Assembly: GCA_963664405.1 (NCBI GenBank)
Contig: OY761158.1
Span: 4,928,001 to 4,992,000 of the forward strand
DNA length: 64,000 nucleotides
Source: Thermoanaerobaculia bacterium
Lineage (GTDB): Bacteria; Acidobacteriota; Thermoanaerobaculia; Multivoradales; Multivoraceae
Direction: 5' to 3'
Translations under genes and position numbers: made by a program
Shown: piece after piece, positions 1 through 10,016 of the stretch
Position numbering within the stretch: the first letter of the stretch is position 1
Layout: every line of letters begins with the position of its first letter
Notes under the pieces: model-generated
What the model was told of the DNA's origin: nothing
The model's input: only the letters and a program-made list of their open reading frames with translations
Databases searched by the model: none

Positions 1-44
1 ACGACAGCGTTGCCCGCTACATCGCGGAGCACGTGCGGATCTAG
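1..44 (+). CDS. 3' end of an upstream gene (partial)
   Basis: Frame reads DSVARYIAEHVRI* with TAG at 42-44 supplied by the CTAG at the MITE boundary. Confidence 0.4.
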   Translation, partial: DSVARYIAEHVRI

Positions 45-206
45 ACCAGCGTTTCCAAAGTTCGCGCAGATATCTCGGGCCCTTCTGCCCGCTGGCGTCG
101 TTTCGCCTCCTCGACATATTGCCCAATATGCCTGCGTCAGCGCGCCTAGCCAGCAAACAGAATGACCTCGAGCTATGCAGCACGAACTTTGGAAACGCTG
201 GTCTAG
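41..206. mobile_element. MITE-like element, copy 1 (162 bp, CTAG-bounded)
   Basis: Perfect 24-bp terminal inverted repeat ctagaccagcgtttccaaagttcg (41-64 / 183-206); homologous same-length copy at 41290-41455. Confidence 0.85.
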
Positions 207-215
207 GGCTGCGAC

Positions 216-1382
216 TCAGATCCCCAGATCTTTGAGGTTGTAGTTCAGGATCACCGAGTCCTGGGTCTCTGGAGTCCAACGGTATTGGTCCTCGAGACTC
301 GCGAAGGGCTTGTAGACGTAGCGATCTTCTTCGGGGAAATGCTTGGCACGGGCGTCGATGGCCACCGCGATGACGCTCGAGCGCTCGAAGACGCGTTTCT
401 CGTCGTGGAGCACACCCTCTCCCGATCCGAGCACGCCTCGGGCGCCGATCACGGAGCTGCGGCGATGGAAACCGAAGGTCAGAGAGACGCGAAGGTCCTG
501 CGAGGTGTTGGCGAAGGAGCCGTGTAGGGTCTGACGGTTCGCGATGGTTACGTCACCGGCCTCGCAGAAGAGGGGCACCGCGCCCGGAAGCATCTCCGAT
601 CCGCCATTGGCTTCTACACGGGCTTTGATGTCGGTCTTGCCGAGCTTGTGAGTGCCAGGCATTGCCCAGAGACAGCTGGCCGGGGTGCTCGGGTAGAGCT
701 GCACTTGGAAATTGAAGCCGTGGATCCCTTCGTCCCACTTCGGTGAGCTCCAGTGCGTAAGCCCGTCCTGATGCCAGGCCACGGAACCGCCCAGGCCCGG
801 TTGCTTGATGAAGATGGCGTCGTTGAAGGGCACGAAGTCGGGCCCGTTGATGCTCTCGGCCACGGCCAGAAGCTGGGGATGGCCGTAGAGACGCAGGCCG
901 GAATCCATCGCCTGGCACATGCCGAACATCATGTAGATGATCTCGTCCGGCGCATCGTCAGACGGTACCGGCTCGGCCATCTTGGAGGGATGACGGCCGC
1001 CGTTGAGCGTGGTGCCACCGACAGGATCACTGAGAGGCCGAATCCAGAGGTAAGTGTCACGCTCGAAATCCGTGCCGAACGCGGGTCGGCCCTGCGTATC
1101 CACCTCGGCCCCCTCGTGTACCGGCGCCCGCTCGAGCATGGTGTCGATGTCGGCGCGCAGCTCGACGAGCTCATCAGCCTCGATTACGCTCGTGAATACA
1201 TAAAAGCCGTGCTGCCAGTAGGAGTCGAGGATGTCTTGGTGGAGAGTGCCGTCGTCGTTCAAGCGGAGGGGCCCGCGGTTGCCGAGTGCCAGTGCCCTGC
1301 GCTTGCCCTCGCGCATGTATTCCGCCATCGCCTCGGCGTGCTCGGCCGCCGTCAACTCTTTGTTCTGGAGTGGTTCAGCCAT
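216..1382 (-). CDS. Phytanoyl-CoA dioxygenase (PhyH) family Fe(II)/2OG dioxygenase
   Basis: FIKQPG..VAWHQD (HxD), PGTHK, distal LHGSFAN..R motifs. Confidence 0.85.
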   Translation of the reverse strand: MAEPLQNKELTAAEHAEAMAEYMREGKRRALALGNRGPLRLNDDGTLHQDILDSYWQHGFYVFTSVIEADELVELRADIDTMLERAPVHEGAEVDTQGRPAFGTDFERDTYLWIRPLSDPVGGTTLNGGRHPSKMAEPVPSDDAPDEIIYMMFGMCQAMDSGLRLYGHPQLLAVAESINGPDFVPFNDAIFIKQPGLGGSVAWHQDGLTHWSSPKWDEGIHGFNFQVQLYPSTPASCLWAMPGTHKLGKTDIKARVEANGGSEMLPGAVPLFCEAGDVTIANRQTLHGSFANTSQDLRVSLTFGFHRRSSVIGARGVLGSGEGVLHDEKRVFERSSVIAVAIDARAKHFPEEDRYVYKPFASLEDQYRWTPETQDSVILNYNLKDLGI

Positions 1383-1456
1383 AGTTTTCTCCCGCAAGGT
1401 GGGTGCTTCGAGGTTAACCGAGACCCCCGAGTCGATTCAAGCTCGTTGCCTACACC

Positions 1457-1846
1457 TTACGCGAGTTTCAAGAGGTCGGCCGGTGTGACGATTCGCACCG
1501 GACAGCGCGGAAAGTGCCGACGATTACCGGTGACCAACGCATCCCCGAGTCCCTCGATCGCGACCTCGAGGAAGGGCTGGTCGCTGGGGTCGGAGCAGCG
1601 AAGATCGAGAGGAGCAGCGACGATCCGTTCACCCGTCTCGCAGAGAAATCCCAGAAAGATGCGAATGCTGGCGGCATCGAAGCCGAATTTCGGTCTGGCC
1701 AGAACGGCCTCGTACTCGGCCAACATCCGATCGTCGTACAGGGCACGGAACGACTCTCTCAGCAGCGAATCGACGATTCGCCCCGGTGGCCCCTCCGAAC
1801 GGAGGAGACCCGACACGAGTGCGTTGGTGTCCAAGACCAGCCTCAC
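1457..1846 (-). CDS. PIN-domain toxin (VapC-like)
   Basis: VLDTNALVS, DPSDQPFLEVA, LVTGN motifs; overlaps the antitoxin stop. Confidence 0.9.
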   Translation of the reverse strand: MRLVLDTNALVSGLLRSEGPPGRIVDSLLRESFRALYDDRMLAEYEAVLARPKFGFDAASIRIFLGFLCETGERIVAAPLDLRCSDPSDQPFLEVAIEGLGDALVTGNRRHFPRCPVRIVTPADLLKLA

Positions 1847-2124
1847 GCGGGCTGGCCTGCGCGCGTCGCTCGGATCTCCTCGTCGATCTCTGCTTCGGAG
1901 AGCGCTGCGGCTCCGGACTGTCGCGCCTCCTGCCGCAGCAGCGAGACGGCCGCCGCCGAACGTGCCTGGCGGAGGGTGGAGATCTTGGCTTCGAAGTCAT
2001 CGTCCACGCTCAGAAGAATGCCCACCGGCTTTCCGTTCGAAGTGATTACGCCGGTTTCTTCCTCGAGCTCTTCGATCACCTGGGTGGTCTGATTGCGCAG
2101 CTCACGCATCGTGATGAACTTCAT
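1843..2124 (-). CDS. Phd/YefM-family antitoxin
   Basis: MKFITMRELRN..VITSNGKPVGIL; directly upstream of the PIN toxin. Confidence 0.85.
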   Translation of the reverse strand: MKFITMRELRNQTTQVIEELEEETGVITSNGKPVGILLSVDDDFEAKISTLRQARSAAAVSLLRQEARQSGAAALSEAEIDEEIRATRAGQPA

Positions 2125-2155
2125 CGCCCTATTGTAGCGCAATTGTCGCGTAAGG

Positions 2156-3046
2156 CTACCGCGTCATGCTCGCGTAGGCGCGGTCGAGGAGGCGGGTAGG
2201 ATCGCCTTTCGCGTCGTCCCAGTCGGCGGTGGGCTCGGCGGCGACTACTTCGAGCAGGCTGGCTCCTTTGGCGATCAGCTTGGCGAGCCGGTCACGGATG
2301 GTCGTAAGCATCGCTACGTACTCTTCCATGTCTTTGTAGGTGGCCACCGGCCCGTGCCCGGGGACGACTACGGTGTCTTCGTCGATCTCCTTCAATACGG
2401 CGGTGCAGAACTCGATGATCCCGTCGAGCGAGCCGCCATTGTCGGCGTCGATGAAGGGGTAGCCGGAGTTGTTGTAGACGTCGCCCATATGAACCGCGTT
2501 GTGTCCGCGAAAGACGGTCGCGGTGTCGCCGGTGGTGTGGGCCGGGCCGTAGTGCAAGAGGTCGATCCGTTCGCCATTGAAGTGCAGCTGCATCCGCTCT
2601 TCGAAGGTCGCGATCGGCAGAGCCGGGGGCGGGTAGGCGGGCTGATCGACCGGGGGCCTGAGCACCGTGTTGATGGTGTTGTCCTTGGTCATCATGTCGC
2701 GCGAGTTGGCCTGCGAGATGATCCAGCTTCCTTCGGGCCCGAGAACCTTGTTGCCGTCGGCGTGGTCGTAGTGCCAGTGGCTGTTGACCACGAAGTCGAT
2801 GGCACCGCCGCCAAGCTCTCGGATGGTCGCCCGGTACTTGATCGCCAACTCAGGGAACTGATCATCGACGATCAGCACCCCTTGGTCGCCGATCGAAGCC
2901 AGGATGTTTCCGCCCCTGCCGAAGAGCACGTAGAGATCCTCGCCCACTTTCTCGGTGGTGATCTCCGGAAGCTCAGGCGGCTGGGCGAGACAGGGTAGAA
3001 CGCTGAGGACGGCGAGGACTGCGGTGATGAGTCTTGCGGCTGACAT
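2156..3046 (-). CDS. Secreted MBL-fold metallo-hydrolase
   Basis: Signal peptide; SHWHYDHADG, AHTTGD, HMGD, VPGHG motifs. Confidence 0.9.
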   Translation of the reverse strand: MSAARLITAVLAVLSVLPCLAQPPELPEITTEKVGEDLYVLFGRGGNILASIGDQGVLIVDDQFPELAIKYRATIRELGGGAIDFVVNSHWHYDHADGNKVLGPEGSWIISQANSRDMMTKDNTINTVLRPPVDQPAYPPPALPIATFEERMQLHFNGERIDLLHYGPAHTTGDTATVFRGHNAVHMGDVYNNSGYPFIDADNGGSLDGIIEFCTAVLKEIDEDTVVVPGHGPVATYKDMEEYVAMLTTIRDRLAKLIAKGASLLEVVAAEPTADWDDAKGDPTRLLDRAYASMTR

Positions 3047-3341
3047 CTCTTCTACCTCCTGAGGGTGCCGTTGGCTCCCTGAAACACGCGACTCTTCTTG
3101 GGTCGGTGGAGGAGTCTACTCCTCCACGGGCGCGCGGCGCCCTGCTGGCGCTCTGAGTGTGGCAATATCACTCGCCGGGGAGGAGGACGTTCTCGCGAGC
3201 GAGGGCGAATCTCCTCGCGATAAGGCTGCCTCGCGAGAGCTCGAGCCGAGTGGGCTACCAGAATCGTCGAGCCTTCTCAGAAGTCGGAGTGACGATCCTG
3301 ACCGACTAGAGAATTCAAGTTGGAAGAATGATGGGGGGCGA

Positions 3342-4091
3342 ATGAAGATCTTGGTCATCGGCGATGTACACGGCAACGCCGAGGCTCTGCGAGCCGTGTT
3401 GGAGAAGGAGCGCGACGCCGACACCACCGTATTTCTGGGCGACACAGTCATGTCCGGTCCTCAGCCCAACGAGACGATGGCCCTGCTCGAGGGGATCTCT
3501 GGAACTCTGATCCTGGGTAACCACGATGTCGAGATGATCGAGCCAGGCCACTTCGAAGCCTGGCCGCCTCAGTGGATGGCTTTTGCCCAGTGGGTCCTCG
3601 ATACCCTGGAGCCCTCCGGGTACGAGCTCCTCCACCGACTGCAGCCGGAGGGCGAGTACGAAGAGGGCGGTCTGCGTATGTTTCTGCACCACGGCGTGCT
3701 TCCGGACAAGCCGAGGCAAGGACTGCCCGATCCACCCGACGATCGGCTGAGTGCGCTCGCCAAGGGGACCGACTGCCCGGTGGTGCTCTTCGGTCATTCT
3801 CACATCCAGTTCCGACGAACGATCGGCGGGCGGGAGTTCATCAACCCCGGCAGTGTGGGGCAGCCTCGGTGCGGCAAGAGGGTGGCCTGCTACGGCCTCT
3901 TCGAAGACGGTGTGTTCCGCCACCGCCAGGCCGACTACGACCCTCGGCCCTGGCTCGAGGCGGTGGATCGGATCGCTCCACTCGATGAGTTTCCGGACTT
4001 TCGAGAGTTGCTTAAGCAAGGGCTTCTGCGCGGCTATGGCATCGGCGAGAACGAGCCTTGGACTCGCTACGCGAGGGAAGGCTATTTTTAG
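3342..4091 (+). CDS. Calcineurin-like metallophosphoesterase
   Basis: GDVHGN, LGD, GNHD, GHSH, NPGSVGQPR motifs. Confidence 0.9.
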   Translation: MKILVIGDVHGNAEALRAVLEKERDADTTVFLGDTVMSGPQPNETMALLEGISGTLILGNHDVEMIEPGHFEAWPPQWMAFAQWVLDTLEPSGYELLHRLQPEGEYEEGGLRMFLHHGVLPDKPRQGLPDPPDDRLSALAKGTDCPVVLFGHSHIQFRRTIGGREFINPGSVGQPRCGKRVACYGLFEDGVFRHRQADYDPRPWLEAVDRIAPLDEFPDFRELLKQGLLRGYGIGENEPWTRYAREGYF

Positions 4092-4105
4092 GGGGAAGCT
4101 CAAGG

Positions 4106-5005
4106 ATGAATCGACTTCTATTCTTCGGTCTGCTGACGGTGCTCGCCACGGCGCCGGCAACTGCACAGAATCTCCTCCTCAATCCCGGCTTCGACACCGA
4201 CTTGTCGGATTGGGCCTCTGGTTCTCAAGGAGTCAGCTCCTGGGATCCTGCAGACGCTTCCGACTCGGACCAATCAGGCTCGGCCCGCCTCGAGACCTCC
4301 GCCGAGCCCGGCGTTACCGTCATGGACATTCACCAGTGCGTGAACGTGGGCTTCGACGACGACTTCGTCTTCGGCGCGCAGATCTTCAAGCCTCTCGACG
4401 AGGCTGTCACCGTCTTCGGCTCGGCTTCTTGGTATGCGAGCGCGGACTGTATCGATTTCCTGTCCAGTGAAACGGCCCTTTCGCTCTTCGCTTCGACGCC
4501 CGGAGACGGCAAGTGGCAGGGGGAGTTGGAGACCGTCTCTCGGCCCGAAGGTGCGATGAGCGTCCTCTTCCGCATGACATCCCGCAAGGAGACCGACACT
4601 CCGGTCGTCGCCTTCTTCGATGACCTCGTCTTCATGCCTGGAGTCGCCGATGCCTCGTGCATCAAGAATGCCAACACTCTCTGCCTGAATGAGGGACGTT
4701 TCGAGGTGACGGTCGACTGGCGGTCGGCCGGCGATCAGGGGATCGGCACCGCAATCGAGCTCACCGAGGACACCGGCTATTTCTGGTTCTTCAACTCTGC
4801 GAACGTAGAGCTGGTGGTAAAGGTGCTCGATGCCTGCGAAACGGGCTTCAATGCGTTTTGGGTCTTTGCCGCAGGTTTGACCGACGTCGAAGTCGATCTC
4901 GTCGTGAGAGACACGGAGGAGGACGTGACCAAGGTCTATCTCAACGATCAGGGCAATCCCTTCGAGCCGGTCCAAGACACAGCTGCCTTCAAGACCTGCT
5001 CTTGA
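4106..5005 (+). CDS. Secreted protein with Acidobacteria-type C-terminal domain
   Basis: Signal peptide, QNLLLNPGFD, and LCLNEGRFEVTVDW..GYFWFF..NVELVVKVLDAC..FWVFAAGLTDV. Confidence 0.7.
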   Translation: MNRLLFFGLLTVLATAPATAQNLLLNPGFDTDLSDWASGSQGVSSWDPADASDSDQSGSARLETSAEPGVTVMDIHQCVNVGFDDDFVFGAQIFKPLDEAVTVFGSASWYASADCIDFLSSETALSLFASTPGDGKWQGELETVSRPEGAMSVLFRMTSRKETDTPVVAFFDDLVFMPGVADASCIKNANTLCLNEGRFEVTVDWRSAGDQGIGTAIELTEDTGYFWFFNSANVELVVKVLDACETGFNAFWVFAAGLTDVEVDLVVRDTEEDVTKVYLNDQGNPFEPVQDTAAFKTCS

Positions 5006-5029
5006 GCTTCAGGCCTCGTCGTCTCGGCC

Positions 5030-5368
5030 TCAGCAGAAGGAGGCGATCGCCGACTCTTGGTCGTCGAAGATGTCGAAGAGCCCGCTCATCTGGGTGATGC
5101 TCAACACTTCTCTGACTCGGGAGGAGATCTTCATCAGCTTCATTGCGGCGTTACTCCGGTGCGCCCAAGTGTAGACCGAGATCAGCTCGCCGAGCCCGGC
5201 CGAGTCGACCATCGGGACCTCGCCCATATCGAGGAGGATCTTGGTCTCGCCCGCTTCTATCGCCCCGAGAATGGCTTTGCGCGCCTGCGCGTCGCCTTGC
5301 CCGATGGTCATCCGTCCGGACATCTCCACGATCAGCACTTCACCTTCTTTTCGCTGCTTGATGTTCAT
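5030..5368 (-). CDS. STAS-domain anti-sigma factor antagonist
   Basis: LLDMGEVPMVDSAGLGELI phospho-Ser motif. Confidence 0.9.
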   Translation of the reverse strand: MNIKQRKEGEVLIVEMSGRMTIGQGDAQARKAILGAIEAGETKILLDMGEVPMVDSAGLGELISVYTWAHRSNAAMKLMKISSRVREVLSITQMSGLFDIFDDQESAIASFC

Positions 5369-5475
5369 CGCTTGCCTCCCTTTTTCTCTTGCCTACTTCT
5401 TACTTAGGCAGAGGGGCGGCGAGGTTACCGACAGTGTTACGGTGAGAGCGAGCACCTCGCGACGCCGAAACGGCC

Positions 5476-6330
5476 ATGATTGAAGTTCAGGATCTCCGCT
5501 ACACCTACGCGGGAGCGCAGGAGAGCGCCATCGACCGGCTCACCTTCGAGGTTGGCTAGGGTGAGGTCTTCGGCTTTCTTGGACCCAACGGCGCCGGAAA
5601 GTCGACGACGCAGAAGATTCTCATCGGTCTTCTGCGCGAATACGAGGGCGAGGTCTCGGTACTCGGTAAGGCGATGGGGCACTGGGGCTCCGACTTCTAC
5701 GAGCACATCGGCGTCGCCTTCGAGTCGCCGAACCACTACCTCAAGCTCACGGCTCTCGAGAACCTCCGTTACTTCCGTCGTCTTTACGCCGGCAAGACGC
5801 TCGAGCCTCTCGATCTGCTCGAGCGAGTCGGGCTGCCGGACGAAGGCGACATGCTCGTCTCGCAATACTCGAAGGGTATGAAGAGCCGTCTCAGTATGGC
5901 TCGCGCACTTCTGAATGACGGGGAGCTCTTGTTCCTCGATGAGCCGACATCCGGGCTCGATCCGGTGAGCGCGAGGCGAATGAAGGAGATCGTACAGAGC
6001 GAGCGGGCGGCTGGGAAGACAGTCTTTCTGACCACCCACGACATGGCTGTCGCCGATGAGCTCTGTGATCGCGTCGCCTTCATCGTCGGAGGCACGATCT
6101 CGGTGATCGACACGCCTCGCGAGCTCAAACTCAGGCACGGCGAACGGCGCATCCGGGTCGAGGTCCGCGACAGAGGCGCCCTCGAGCAGAGCGAGCTCCC
6201 TTTGACCGGGCTTGCCGAGAGCACGGAGTTCCAGGAGCTTCTATGCCATCCTGGACTGGAGACGATCCACACCCTGGAAGCCAGCCTCGAGGACGTCTTC
6301 GTCGAAGTCACCGGAAGGGAGCTCTCGTGA
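5476..6330 (+). pseudogene. ABC exporter ATP-binding subunit with in-frame TAG at codon 28
   Basis: ATG 5476 MIEVQDLRYTY.., TAG 5557-5559, then in-frame GEVFGFLGPNGAGKSTT (Walker A), YSKGM, FLDEPTSGLD. Confidence 0.8.
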
Positions 6331-7034
6331 GCCGCCTCGTTGCAACCATGGGATGCGACGTGCGACTTCAGTTTCGCAATGGTTTCTACTGGGCCATCGC
6401 CTTCATGCTTGCCTTCTTTGCCCTGGTCATTCTGCAGTTGCCGGCCTTCGACTGGGCGCGATGGGTACCTGTCCTGATCTTCTCCAATTTGGTGACCGCG
6501 ACCTTCTTCTTCATGGCCGCCCTGGTCATGCTCGAGAAAGGAGAAGGCACGCTGGCGGCGCAGATCGTCACTCCGCTGTCGGCCTCGGAGTACCTGCTCT
6601 CGAAGCTCCTCACCCTCATCGCTCTGTCTCTGGTCGAAAGTCTGGTCCTGGTCTTGATCGTGCACGGCTCGGCATTCCGGTGGCTGCCGATGGCGATCGG
6701 TATCGTCTGCCTGGCTGCGATGTACTGTCTCGCGGGGCTCCTCGTCGCCATGCGCTACGACTCGATCAGCGAGCTCATCTTTCCGTCCATAGGGTGGGTT
6801 CTTCTGCTGTCGCTCCCCCTGCTTCACGCCACCGATCTGTGGCCGCACCCGGTGATGTATCTACACCCACTCCAGGCCCCGCTGGTGTTGATGAGGGGCG
6901 CCTTCGAACCGCTCGCGATCTGGCAATGGCTCTACGGTTTCTCTGGCTCCGTTGTCGTTGTTATTGCGCTCTTCGAGCTCGGCCGCCGCCGCTTTCCGCC
7001 TTTCGTTGTCCAGACTGAGGGTGTGCGCCGATGA
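6327..7034 (+). CDS. ABC exporter permease (Rv2687c-like fluoroquinolone-exporter type)
   Basis: Multi-TM; DVRLQFRNGFY, EKGEGTL..VTPL; coupled to the ATPase gene. Confidence 0.75.
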   Translation: MSRLVATMGCDVRLQFRNGFYWAIAFMLAFFALVILQLPAFDWARWVPVLIFSNLVTATFFFMAALVMLEKGEGTLAAQIVTPLSASEYLLSKLLTLIALSLVESLVLVLIVHGSAFRWLPMAIGIVCLAAMYCLAGLLVAMRYDSISELIFPSIGWVLLLSLPLLHATDLWPHPVMYLHPLQAPLVLMRGAFEPLAIWQWLYGFSGSVVVVIALFELGRRRFPPFVVQTEGVRR

Positions 7035-7783
7035 CTGGCCTCTCTACTGTGTTTGCCCTGGGGCCGATCGACGTCAAAAGCGTACGTCGCGACTCGCTCA
7101 TCCGCTGGATGTTGGCCATGCCGCCGGCTCTCGCCCTGGTCATACGCTTCGGCCTGCCTCCGGCATCTGTCTGGGCCCAATCACAGTTCGGGTTCGATCT
7201 CGAGCCGTACCTTCACCTCTTCGGCAGCGCACTCCTCACCGCGACGCCGCTCATGTTCGGCACGGTGATCGGTTTTCTGTTGATCGACCAGAAAGACGAC
7301 CAGACTCTGACCGCCCTTCAGGTAACTCCACTCACCAACCGTGCCTACCTTCTCTACAGGCTCGGCGTTCCCTGCCTGCTCTCGGTTCCGCTGACGGTCC
7401 TGGTCCTGCGCCTGAGCGGCATCCCACAGATATCGCTCGGCCGCCAGTTCGTTGCCGCGGCGGTCGCCTCCCCGCTGGTGGCAGCCTTCGCCTTATTCCT
7501 GGCGGCTCTTGCCAACAACAAGTTGCAGGGCTTTGCGATCATGAAGGGTTCGTCGGGAGCGATCAATTTCCCACCGATCATCGCCTGGTTCTTCGAATCG
7601 AAGTGGCAGTGGGCGTTCGGAATCGCCCCCATGTTCTGGCCGGTCAAGCTCTATTGGGAGCTGGCCGGTGCCTCACGCGGTCCAACGGCGCCCGCCTGGG
7701 TCTACGCCTTCGCTGGTGTCGCCTACCTATTGGCGCTGATTGTTCTCCTCGGCCGTCGTTTCGATCGGGTGATGCATCGCTAG
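7031..7783 (+). CDS. ABC exporter permease (Rv2686c-like)
   Basis: Multi-TM; DQKDDQTLTALQVTPL, NNKLQGFA. Confidence 0.75.
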   Translation: MTGLSTVFALGPIDVKSVRRDSLIRWMLAMPPALALVIRFGLPPASVWAQSQFGFDLEPYLHLFGSALLTATPLMFGTVIGFLLIDQKDDQTLTALQVTPLTNRAYLLYRLGVPCLLSVPLTVLVLRLSGIPQISLGRQFVAAAVASPLVAAFALFLAALANNKLQGFAIMKGSSGAINFPPIIAWFFESKWQWAFGIAPMFWPVKLYWELAGASRGPTAPAWVYAFAGVAYLLALIVLLGRRFDRVMHR

Positions 7784-9061
7784 GTCGAGCGCCAGAATCG
7801 ATTGGCGGTCTCTTACATAGAGTTTGTCGCCAAGCAGTGTCGGCGCCGTCCATGCCCGTGACTTCATGATCGATGCCTGCGACACAATGTCTAGGCCAGT
7901 GGCCGAAGGGGTCGCGAGTGCGAGATCTCCGTCCTCTCCGACGAGGATGAATTTGCCGTCGGCGTGAATCAATTGGGCCTTCGAGAACCCTCTTTGCTGG
8001 GAGAGCACCTCACCCGTCTTGATGTCGACGCTCATCAGAAACGCGGGGCCGAAGTCGCCGCTGGATCCGTAGACGATGTCGCCCAGGCGGATCGCAGTGC
8101 CGAAATGGACGCGCATCCGCTTGCTGAACCACAGCTCCTCGACGGCCGTTTCGGCGCCCTCTCGCCGCAGCTTTACCACTCGGCTTCCGGAGTCGTAGGC
8201 CGAAGACACGAACAAGAGCTGATCCTCGCCCCACACCGGGGTGAGGATGTTGAGCTCGAGGTTGGTCGGGTGAGGATGACGCCAGTAGAGCTCTCCGTTG
8301 GCGGGGTCGAGCCCGGCGATCACGTCACCCAGAAATACGACCAGCTGTTTCTGCCCGTCGACCTCGATCAAAATCGGCGAAGACGGTGAGAGCTCGAAGT
8401 CCTGGTTCTTCCAAGCGACCGATCCGTCTTTCTGATTGAAGGCGACGATTCCCTGGCCGGCTCCGCCGACCGGCAGGATCACGGTGTCCCGGTAGGCGAT
8501 CGGGCTGCAGGAGTAGCCCCTGTTTGTGGTCATGCCGATCCGCGACATCGAGAACTCGGTGTAGAGGTCGTGGTCCCAGATCACCCCTCCGCCTTCGAGA
8601 TCGAGGGCATGGAACCTACCGGTCGAGCCGACGGCGAAGAGCCTGCCGTTCACGATCAAGGGCGTGGAGGCCGGGCCCGGGCCCCACTGCGCGTCCATCT
8701 CTTCCGGCAGCGGTGCCTGATAGTGGTGCTCCCAATTGGTCTTCCCCGTCTCAGCATCGATGGCGATGACGGTCTCGCGCTCGATCAGATCTCCGGAAGT
8801 CCCTCGAACCATGGTGTAGAGAACGCCCCCCTCCGCGACGATGCCTGAGAATCCATCGCCCAGGGGGCGCTTCCAGATGAGAGGGGGTCCGCCTTCCGGC
8901 CACGCATCGGCCAGACGGGCGGAGGAGACCTTGAAGTCCCGGCTTGCTCCTCCGAATTGCCGCCAGGAAGGCGAGTCTCCCTCGCCGGAGGCCGGCTGCG
9001 CTACGAGGAGGCCAACCCCGAGTCCGACGATTGCGAAAACTCGTGCTCCCAAGCTGGGCAT
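7727..9061 (-). CDS. Secreted PQQ-like beta-propeller (BamB-like) protein
   Basis: Signal peptide, WRQFGG, WPEGGPPLIW, STP, SSP, WTAPTL repeats. Confidence 0.85.
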   Translation of the reverse strand: MPSLGARVFAIVGLGVGLLVAQPASGEGDSPSWRQFGGASRDFKVSSARLADAWPEGGPPLIWKRPLGDGFSGIVAEGGVLYTMVRGTSGDLIERETVIAIDAETGKTNWEHHYQAPLPEEMDAQWGPGPASTPLIVNGRLFAVGSTGRFHALDLEGGGVIWDHDLYTEFSMSRIGMTTNRGYSCSPIAYRDTVILPVGGAGQGIVAFNQKDGSVAWKNQDFELSPSSPILIEVDGQKQLVVFLGDVIAGLDPANGELYWRHPHPTNLELNILTPVWGEDQLLFVSSAYDSGSRVVKLRREGAETAVEELWFSKRMRVHFGTAIRLGDIVYGSSGDFGPAFLMSVDIKTGEVLSQQRGFSKAQLIHADGKFILVGEDGDLALATPSATGLDIVSQASIMKSRAWTAPTLLGDKLYVRDRQSILALDLAMHHPIETTAEENNQRQ

Positions 9062-9079
9062 CAGATCATGTCCCCTAGA

Positions 9080-9883
9080 GGTACTGTCAAGTTATCTTCA
9101 TCGAAGCGAGATGCGGCACCGTCGAAGGTGTCGCTCCGATTCAGCAGGCACACGTCACCTGACGCCAGACGCCGAAGGAACGATCCCGCAGAGTACGGTG
9201 GCTGGCCGAGCTCACGAGGTGCCGTCCAACCCGGAAGAGGTTCTGGATGACTCCGTGAACGGAGAGGAAGCGCTGCGCTTGGCCTGGCGACTTGAACCGG
9301 CGCATCTGTCGTTCGCGTTGCCGGGTCGGCTGATGGGAGACCTCCGCTCGGTTGTTGGCGTACTGCCTCGTATCGTGGATCACGGAAGGCATGGTGATTC
9401 GATGAGCGGCGCCATAGCTGCGCAGTTTGTCCGTCACCAGCCGGTTGGGTTCCCCTCCCTGTCCTTCCAACAGCTTGCGGAAGAAGCGTTCGGCTGCACG
9501 CCGATTCCGACCGGCCTGGACGAGGATGTAGATCAGGTCGCCATCCTGGTCGACCGCTCGCCACAGATACTGTCGCTGGCCCTGGGATGGTCACGAAGAG
9601 TTCGTCCAAGTGCCACGTGTCACCCAGGCGACCTTGTCGTCGTTTCAACCCGCGAGCGTATTCGGAGCCGAACTTCCAGCACCACTGACGGATGGCCTCG
9701 TAAGAGACCGTGACTCCTCGCTCCGCGAGGAGATCCTCGACATCGCGGAAGCTCAGGCAGAAACGGTGGTAGAGCCAGACGGCGTGGCTGATGATCTCTG
9801 GTGGGAACCGATGGCCGCAGTAACTGGGTGCGCTGTTGTTCATCTGCCGACTCTGCCAGCCATGGGCTCAACTTGACAGTACG
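9080..9883 (-). mobile_element. IS6-family insertion sequence (degenerate)
   Basis: 13-bp IR gtactgtcaagtt at 9081-9093 / 9870-9882 around an IS6 transposase. Confidence 0.85.
9141..9843 (-). pseudogene. IS6 transposase, frameshifted near 9585
   Basis: HRFPPEIISHAVWLY..WHLDE in one frame; QYLWRAVDQDG..VTDKLRSY..NNRAEVSH in another; one extra C in ATCCCAG. Confidence 0.85.
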
Positions 9884-10016
9884 GTCCATAGGATTCTCCC
9901 TGTCTGTATCGATGGCGTTCATTATGACCCGGTTCACGTCGACCTCCGCGTCAAAGGTGCTGCGGAGGAGCCCCGGTCCAATAGACTTCGGTCTCGAGGG
10001 AGGAGAGCGGCTGGCG

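Noticed and set aside
3106-3127. Palindrome gtggaggagt-ct-actcctccac
   Set aside because: Single copy in a divergent intergenic region; function cannot be supported
5557-5559. Pyrrolysine recoding
   Set aside because: Non-catalytic position, no pyl genes in the window, and many genes here end in TAG
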